From positions 313,542 through 377,541 of the forward strand of contig CAWJIL010000003.1 of assembly GCA_963842925.1 (NCBI GenBank): DNA of 64,000 nt, given 5' to 3'. This stretch comes from an uncultured delta proteobacterium. GTDB taxonomy: Bacteria; Desulfobacterota; Desulfobacteria; Desulfobacterales; B30-G6. Of the stretch, positions 58,265 through 64,000 are shown one piece after another (the stretch's first letter is position 1; the number at the start of each line of letters is the position of its first letter). The notes under the pieces are model-generated. The model was not told where the DNA came from. It saw only the letters and a program-made list of their open reading frames with translations, and made no database searches. The translations under genes and the position numbers were made by a program.

Positions 58265-59059
58265 CTACTGCCCCACTAGTTCCGATAATATTTGTTTCCC
58301 TTTAGCACTCAATCCCAGTGTTTCCAGTTCCCGTGACAATTGATCGCGGGTCCCATTCCCGCCTGTATATCCATTCAAACGCGCCACAGCCGTGGATGAT
58401 ACGAAATCCCGGTGCTGCGGATAGATGCGCGAAAGCTCGTTTTTGAGTTGGGTATGTTGTTTCAGAATATATTTCTGATGATAATCCTCGGCCATGGTAA
58501 AGGAACGAAGCGGTAGTACTTGTGACCGAATGGTTTCGTCATCTTTCTGCTCTACAACAGTTTTGGAATCCATGGCCAGCTGACGCTGTTCATCGTTATG
58601 GTAAAAAATTGCATTCATGTATTGCCGGGACCAGTTCCGGCTGGTCGGTTGGTGGTTGTTCCAAAAAATCTCCAGCAATTGGGCATATGTAATGCGCCCT
58701 GGGTCAAAATCCACCTGTACTGTTTCCGTGTGATCACCCATTTTTCCGTAGCTGGGCCCTTCCATTTCGCCGCCGGCATATCCCACACGCGTGCGGATAA
58801 CACCCTCGATAATCCCGAACCGGGATTCGATGCCCCAGAATCACCCCATCCCGAAAGATGCGGTTTCAAAGTTGGGTGGCACGGCCTTATCCATTGGCGG
58901 CACACCTTTTTTAACGTTCATGGAAGATTCCTTTATTTTTGTTTCCTGACTGATTGCCGGTTCCATGGGTTGCGAGCAGGTCCATAAAAAAAATATCGAA
59001 CCCAGCAGAATACAAAACCATCCATTGCCTAAGCGGTCTTTTTTCTTCATTGCATTCAT
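58265..59059 (-). CDS. msrA: Peptide-methionine (S)-S-oxide reductase MsrA, selenocysteine-containing (in-frame TGA at 58841-58843), with N-terminal signal/anchor
   Basis: ORFs 58841..59059 and 58265..58786 are in the same frame. Read-through gives ...ETASFGMG-TGA-FWGIESRFG...VGYAGG...GDHTETVQVDFDP, i.e. the GCFWG active site with TGA in place of Cys (codon 73). A hairpin follows the TGA. GAAAGGAAAGG SD. Confidence 0.85.
58806..58830 (-). promoter_or_regulatory. Candidate bacterial SECIS hairpin for msrA UGA
   Basis: The mRNA reads UCG-AAUCCCG-GUU-CGGGAUU-(AU)-CGA. It starts 10 nt after the UGA and has G/U in the apical loop. Confidence 0.6.
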
Positions 59060-59151
59060 CCTTTCCTTTCAAAGTCGGAATATACTTGTTACAATGTTAT
59101 AGACTCACAATAAGCACTCTTTTGGATGGTTGTGTAAAGATTTGATAAAGA

Positions 59152-59613
59152 TTACTGCAGCACTTCCAGCACCTTTGCAGGATGATCCGCTGCCTTGACA
59201 ACTTTTGCCCAGTGTTTGCGGACCTTGCCGTCGGGACCAATCCAGACGGTCGAACGGATCACTCCCATAACCACCTTGCCATACATCTTTTTTTCCCCGA
59301 AAGCTCCGTATTTTTCCATCACCTTCTTATCCGGGTCACACAGCAGGGGAAAAGGAATGCCATGGTCGGCAATAAACTTTTGGTGAGATGCTTGGGTATC
59401 GGGCGAAACGCCCAGGATGACCGTACCCCGTTTTTGAAATTGACCATACAGGTCACGGAAGCCTGCGGCTTCCTTGGTTCACCCGGAGGTGTTGTCCTTG
59501 GGGTAAAAATAGAGTATCACATGCTTGCCTTTAAAATCCCTGAGTGAAACCTTTTTACCGTCTGCATCCGGCAACGTGAATGCCGGTGCTGCTTTGCCTT
59601 CTCGAATTGCCAT
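59152..59613 (-). CDS. bcp: Bcp/PrxQ-type peroxiredoxin, selenocysteine-containing (in-frame TGA at 59479-59481)
   Basis: ATG 59613 with AGGAGG 5 nt upstream. The 153 codons are collinear with Bcp. The sequence is [56 protein letters not shown]...GVSPD...FPLLCDPDKKV...RSTVWIGPDGKV. The TGA is at the peroxidatic Cys position (FYPKxxTPGC). Confidence 0.87.
59457..59473 (-). promoter_or_regulatory. Candidate SECIS hairpin for bcp UGA
   Basis: The mRNA reads GGAAGCC-GCA-GGCUUCC, a perfect 7-bp stem starting 6 nt after the UGA. A second small hairpin, UGACC-UGUAU-GGUCA, lies further 3'. Confidence 0.5.
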
Positions 59614-59895
59614 TGAATCCTCCTGTGTTTGTCAAATGTGAAAAAGAGACTTTTTTACTCATACGCCTATATGTCTATTTCGTCAAGAAAGTCCCCTGTA
59701 GAGGGGCATTATACAATAAAGTCATTGATCACCTGATGGAAAGATTTGTAAAAACATGTTATATAGAAAGTACTCCACATACTATAATGCATGATCGATT
59801 GTTGAACAATTTAGAGTTGAATAAATAAGCCTTGATAATCGAGACGCTGAAAAGGAATAACAGATCAATAAACTACTGTGGTAATAGGATACAAA

Positions 59896-60258
59896 ATGGT
59901 TGATCTTCGTAGTAAGAAAAAAATAGTCAAAAAAGAAAAAAGAAAAGACCCCAGGCTTGAATTGCATTGTAATGCAAGTGTTCTTGGCATTGACGGCATT
60001 CAGAAAATTACAGATATTAGTTTGGGCGGTATTTTTATAGAAACGCTTGTATTGAATAGTATAAAAGTCGGGCAAGTTATAACGATCAATATCAAGCTTC
60101 CGACTGAAAAAAACACCATAAGATTCAAAACCAAAGTGGTTTGCAAGACAAATCGAGGCATAGGGTGTCAATTCATGTCTTTAGATGATCAGAAAAAGGA
60201 AGCGATATGTCTATGCTTTGAAATGTTTAGAGACACACTCCCAGCAGGATGCAGGTAA
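59896..60258 (+). CDS. PilZ domain protein (c-di-GMP binding)
   Basis: RxxxR (RKDPR) followed by D.SxxG (DISLGG) at PilZ spacing. Lies in an AT-rich segment. The start is uncertain (GTG 59878 or ATG 59896). Confidence 0.7.
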   Translation: MVDLRSKKKIVKKEKRKDPRLELHCNASVLGIDGIQKITDISLGGIFIETLVLNSIKVGQVITINIKLPTEKNTIRFKTKVVCKTNRGIGCQFMSLDDQKKEAICLCFEMFRDTLPAGCR

Positions 60259-60446
60259 TATTGAATGAATGCAAATTTGGTGTTGGTTTATACGCTCGAG
60301 CGGGCATTGATATCTTTCTGTCGGAACAATTTGGGCTTAATATGGGAGTCCGGATTAACAAAACAACCATGCGCTTTGAGGATGAGGGGGGAGAAGTTGA
60401 CATCGAAGGCTTGCAGTACTATTTCGGTCTCGCATTTCGTTTTTAA
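60249..60446 (+). pseudogene. C-terminal remnant of an outer-membrane beta-barrel protein
   Basis: The 65-aa ORF ends in ...GLQYYFGLAFRF, a typical OMP C-terminal strand with terminal Phe. It has no signal peptide or N-terminal barrel. Confidence 0.35.
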
Positions 60447-60499
60447 TGTGCCTTCCGGGTCGCAAAGACCACCGACGACAGGAACAGGAAATTGAAAAG

Positions 60500-61033
60500 A
60501 TGCAATTTATTCGAAGTTTTGTACTTATTCTGTTGATTCTCTTGGCCTGGCATGGAGCGAGCTATGCCGGTTCTGAATTGTATGACTTAATAGATAACCA
60601 AACTTCATTTGAAGATGATGCCACCTACTTCCAGCATGGAACACCCCTATCCAATTTACAGTCATCATCATTCTCAGAGAGTAACAGCTCATTGGATATG
60701 GGCTTTCTTCACAAGTATTTAGGGTATGGTACGCTTCTTTTGGCTGGTGTGGCAGCGGCGACGGGATCCGACAGTTCAACGCACCATTATTCGGCTGTGG
60801 GATCAGCGACGCTTGGTGTAATGACCTTGGCAACCGGTTACTATGAGTATGGGGATATGTTCGAGATTGACGAAGGTTTTTCAAAATCAAACCTTCATAT
60901 CGCACTAAGCACACTTGGTGCCATTGGATTTGCCACGGAAGCCATTATCGCCAGCACCGATTCGGATCATGGTGGACTTGGCATAGGATCAGCCGCTGTA
61001 ATGGGCGCCGCTTTCATTGTCATTCTTTGGTAA
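60500..61033 (+). CDS. Hypothetical exported/membrane protein
   Basis: MQFIRSFVLILLILLAWHGASYA signal-like N-terminus, then 3-4 Gly/Ala-rich TM segments. Confidence 0.55.
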   Translation: MQFIRSFVLILLILLAWHGASYAGSELYDLIDNQTSFEDDATYFQHGTPLSNLQSSSFSESNSSLDMGFLHKYLGYGTLLLAGVAAATGSDSSTHHYSAVGSATLGVMTLATGYYEYGDMFEIDEGFSKSNLHIALSTLGAIGFATEAIIASTDSDHGGLGIGSAAVMGAAFIVILW

Positions 61034-61050
61034 TAATGTCTCAACACCCT

Positions 61051-61113
61051 GCAGCATGCGAAACACTGCCGCACGGCAGAACCTGCAGGGAATGCACGCG
61101 CTATTTCCGTTCA
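61051..61113 (+). repeat. R1 repeat copy (overlaps last codons of TPR gene on opposite strand)
   Basis: GCAGCATGCGAAACACTGCCGCACGGCAGAACCTGCAGGGAATGCACGCGCTATTTCCGTTCA. Confidence 0.85.
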
Positions 61114-63077
61114 ATGCGGGCGTGGTTTTGGCAGGACACGTCGGCACCGAGGAGGCACCCAACGCGGTAATCCACCATTGCCTCTTCTAATTTCCCCATG
61201 TGCTCGAGGGCAGAACCCCGGTTGTTGTAAGCTAAGCCGAAAGATGGGTTCAGGCGGATAGCCTCGTTGCTGTCGGTCAGGGCCTCTTCGAATCTTGAGG
61301 TCTGAATGAAGGCGGCGGCTCGGATGGTAAAGGCCCGGTAACTAACAGGCTCTTTCTTTATGGCAAGAGATGTCAGGCGTACCACTGTATTCCAATCCTT
61401 GCTCCGGTATTTGTCCCCACTCTGGCGGAGGAGTAGATCGACCCCGGGTTCTTTCTTTTGGGAAGCGTTCTTTACTGCTAAATAATTCCTGCATCCGATT
61501 TCAAAACCAAGTTCGCAGGCTTTCAGGTAATCTTTTTCAGCTCGGTTTAGGTCTCCTTTTTTCTCGTAAACCAAGCCCCGGTTGTTAAACGCCATGGCAT
61601 TCCCGGGGCTTAACCTCAGAGCTTCATTGCAGTCTTCCAAGGCGTTTTCGAATGCGCTGATTTCTGCATAAGCCCAGGAGCGATTGATGTATGGATTCAC
61701 GGCTTCAGGGTCATAATAAATAGCCAGGGTTGCAGCCTGAATCGCCTGTTTCCACTCGCCGTTGACAACCTTTTCATAACACACTTGCAACCACTTGCCT
61801 GCGCTTGCCGAATCCAAGGAAAAACATACGCGTTCGGCGGTTGCTGCCCGGAGATCGTCGCAAGCCCCAAATTCACATGCTTTTTTCAGGTCTTCGCAGG
61901 CTTTGTCGGGCAGACCGGCCGCCATCCATGCCTGGCCTCTTTTTGCGTATGCTTCCCCGTCTTCAGGGTTCAGAGCCATGATCTTACCAAAATCTGCGGC
62001 AGCTTCAGTATATTTTCCAGAGGCATGCCGGGTGGCGCCACGTTCCAGATACCCGGCTGGGTTGTTCGGATCTATGCTGATGACCCGGGTGAAGTCTCTG
62101 GCAGCCCAATTGTACTGATTCATTTCCCGGTATGCCCTGCCCCGCTTAAGGAGTGCTTGCTCGTACTGCTGATCGAGGGCAATCGCTTTATTATAGGATT
62201 TAATCGCATCTTCTATTTCTCCGGCGTCATATAGGACGTCGCCTTTAAATTCGTAGGAAAAAATAAGATACGGATTCAGGACAGCAGCCCTGTCGAAATC
62301 TGCGGACGCCGATATCCGATCCTTCAGGTGGCTGAACTCCCTTCCCCGGTGCAGATAGAGCCACTCATAGTGATCATCCATGGCAATGGCCCGATTCAGT
62401 CTCTTGATGCTCTCACCCGGATCCAGAACTTTTTCTTTCAACGCTGCAGCGATGATCGTGTCGCTCAAGGAAATGGCCGACAGTTTGTTAACCAAGCGCC
62501 AGCGCTTACCTGCCAGCAGCTCTCTTTCAGGAATCAGGTTTTTTTGCTTTTTCCCTTGCTGAACAACCCGATACTTCTCTTGTAAATCATCCAGACCGTC
62601 CAGTACTGCTCTCACGCGTTTGCGGTTTGACAGGGCATTGTCAAAGAGAAACGGATTCTCGATGAAGTCGCTCAGGTCCTTTTCGAGTGTGTCCATATTG
62701 ATTCTGCCTATGAGCTTGAGGGAAACAATATGTCCTTTGGCTGTCTTTTTCATGGTCAAAAAGTTGGTTTCAAAGGTCATCACGCCAGAAGCCAAAGCAT
62801 TTGAGAGATTCTCGACGGGTAGTGAGTTTTTAAAGATCTTGGATTTCTGGATAGTCGGTCCGGCAGCATTGAAGATTGCCTGCCGGGTTCTGGTCTGGGC
62901 AATGACGCGGGCCTGATCTTCGGTTTCCAGCTGTGTGAAGATATAATTATAACTAGCGGTAAAAGCGAAGGTTTCGGCCATAGCGGACTGGACCAGGAGG
63001 CATACAAAGCACGAGGCAGTAAGCATGCCTGATACCAAAGCGAAGATTTTAATATGATAGCCGATATATTTCCCCAT
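61101..63077 (-). CDS. TPR-repeat protein with N-terminal signal/anchor
   Basis: 658 aa with multiple TPR units (A..DF..A..L.P....AY..RG). Recurring Cys pairs (ACEFGACDDL, ACELGFEIGC, GCLLGADVSC). Confidence 0.85.
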   Translation of the reverse strand: MGKYIGYHIKIFALVSGMLTASCFVCLLVQSAMAETFAFTASYNYIFTQLETEDQARVIAQTRTRQAIFNAAGPTIQKSKIFKNSLPVENLSNALASGVMTFETNFLTMKKTAKGHIVSLKLIGRINMDTLEKDLSDFIENPFLFDNALSNRKRVRAVLDGLDDLQEKYRVVQQGKKQKNLIPERELLAGKRWRLVNKLSAISLSDTIIAAALKEKVLDPGESIKRLNRAIAMDDHYEWLYLHRGREFSHLKDRISASADFDRAAVLNPYLIFSYEFKGDVLYDAGEIEDAIKSYNKAIALDQQYEQALLKRGRAYREMNQYNWAARDFTRVISIDPNNPAGYLERGATRHASGKYTEAAADFGKIMALNPEDGEAYAKRGQAWMAAGLPDKACEDLKKACEFGACDDLRAATAERVCFSLDSASAGKWLQVCYEKVVNGEWKQAIQAATLAIYYDPEAVNPYINRSWAYAEISAFENALEDCNEALRLSPGNAMAFNNRGLVYEKKGDLNRAEKDYLKACELGFEIGCRNYLAVKNASQKKEPGVDLLLRQSGDKYRSKDWNTVVRLTSLAIKKEPVSYRAFTIRAAAFIQTSRFEEALTDSNEAIRLNPSFGLAYNNRGSALEHMGKLEEAMVDYRVGCLLGADVSCQNHARIERK

Positions 63078-63363
63078 ATTAAATTCTCCAAATCATATTC
63101 TTAATAAAATCGTAGCACGATTTTATGATACGCGACGCTGTCGCTCCGGTGCGAAAGGCTAAAATCCGCATCCCTGCTGCAAGCGACAGGGTATTTCGGG
63201 ATTTTTTCCGAAATACTTTGAATTGCGGCACCGCACTTTCGCAAAAAAAGGATCATTATCTTCAATGGCCTCTTCAATTTTCTATTTGATTCTTTTGCCT
63301 TTTCCAACTATAAAATCGACCGATTGAATAAGGGGGCATTATGCAAATTTCTTCAGGGGCCGG

Positions 63364-64000
63364 ATGATGCAGGATATTCTTTTTCTCCTTTTACTGATAG
63401 TTGTTGGAGTAATTTCCGGGTTTCTGAACGTTATGGCCGGCGGCGGATCGGCCATTTCCTTGCCTCTTTTGATTTTTCTCGGTCTGGACAGCCCCCTGGC
63501 AAACGGCACCAACCGTCTGGCCATTTTCATCCAGACCATTGCCAGCATCCTATCCTTCAAACAAGAAAAACTGTTTGAATTTAAAACCAGCCTGAAGTTT
63601 GCCGCTTTCGCGCTTCCCGGCGCCATAGCAGGCGCTATTCTCGCGGTAAAACTTGACAGCATTCTTTTCCAGCGGGTCTTGGCGTTCTTTATTTTGGGTA
63701 TTTTATTAACCGTCATTATCCCAAGATCAAAAAAAACGACCACCACTCAAATTGCCAAGCCGGCTCATCGTTGGTTGATTTACCCAAGCATGATGGCTAT
63801 CGGGTTCATCGGAGGATTTCACCAGGTCGGCATCGGTTTTCTAATGATTGGTGCCTTGAGCCATATACTGAAAATGGATTTGGTGCACATCAACATGCAC
63901 AAGGCCTCCGTTTTTTTCATCTATACGATCCCTGCTATAATAATATTTGCTTGGACCGATAATATCAACTGGAAATACGGCATCGCACTTGCCGTTGGAA
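63364..64000 (+). CDS. TauE/SafE (DUF81) family anion exporter, 5' partial (runs off window end)
   Basis: Not in the ORF track because no stop is reached. Translation gives MMQDILFLLLLIVVGVISGFLNVMAGGGSAISLPLLIFLGL...ANGTNRLAIF..., the classic TauE/SafE N-terminus. Confidence 0.8.
   Translation, partial: MMQDILFLLLLIVVGVISGFLNVMAGGGSAISLPLLIFLGLDSPLANGTNRLAIFIQTIASILSFKQEKLFEFKTSLKFAAFALPGAIAGAILAVKLDSILFQRVLAFFILGILLTVIIPRSKKTTTTQIAKPAHRWLIYPSMMAIGFIGGFHQVGIGFLMIGALSHILKMDLVHINMHKASVFFIYTIPAIIIFAWTDNINWKYGIALAVG

Noticed and set aside
59182-59547. 121-aa plus-strand ORF (and the 59195..59386 ORF) covering the bcp locus
   Set aside because: It is antisense to a full-length Bcp/PrxQ homolog that reads through a single TGA. 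It has no motifs or SD, so it is an artefact of the selenoprotein gene being split.
63215-63235. Sigma-54-like GGCAC...TTCGC sequence upstream of the TauE gene
   Set aside because: The GG-to-GC spacing is 14 nt instead of the required 12, and the -12 element is TTCGC rather than TTGC. No enhancer-binding protein gene is nearby.

Overview
This is a 64-kb chromosomal window with about 52 protein-coding genes. I recognised no rRNA, tRNA, CRISPR array or transposase. Gene content includes tungsten aldehyde:ferredoxin oxidoreductase, 4-hydroxybutyryl-CoA dehydratase, FdhD, HD-GYP/PilZ signalling, a Hanks kinase and selenoproteins. That mix suggests an anaerobic Desulfobacterota-like (sulfate-reducer type) genome, but this is inference only.

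Most of the window is housekeeping: ABC-F, ftsK, rnj, plsC, tmk, surE, lptD, holB, metG, a PBP and a fadB/thiolase pair.

Main observations:
1. Two adjacent minus-strand genes are invisible to stop-to-stop ORF calling, because each carries an in-frame TGA exactly at the catalytic Cys position. They are a Bcp/PrxQ peroxiredoxin (59152-59613, codon 45) and an MsrA with an N-terminal signal-like segment (58265-59059, codon 73). Each TGA is followed by a perfect 7-bp hairpin, so both are likely selenoproteins.
2. A 760-aa fusion joins a cysteine synthase to a CysRS-like domain whose class-I signatures are degenerate (HIGH becomes HLAE, KMSKS becomes KMDEK). It is translationally coupled to an unknown 328-aa ORF.
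3. A 1307-aa GlmS-like protein has an internal rather than N-terminal nucleophile Cys, a roughly 150-aa insertion and a roughly 210-aa C-terminal extension.
4. At least five families of short, hairpin-forming dispersed repeats, plus two elements flanked by inverted repeats, fill the intergenic regions.
5. A 20-bp tandem duplication inside an HTH/Cys-rich regulator gene is required to keep its two domains in frame.
6. ATGAAT-N4-ATTCAT palindromes lie upstream of the beta-oxidation operon.

Coordinates of starts are best guesses from start codons, Shine-Dalgarno (SD) sequences and domain boundaries.
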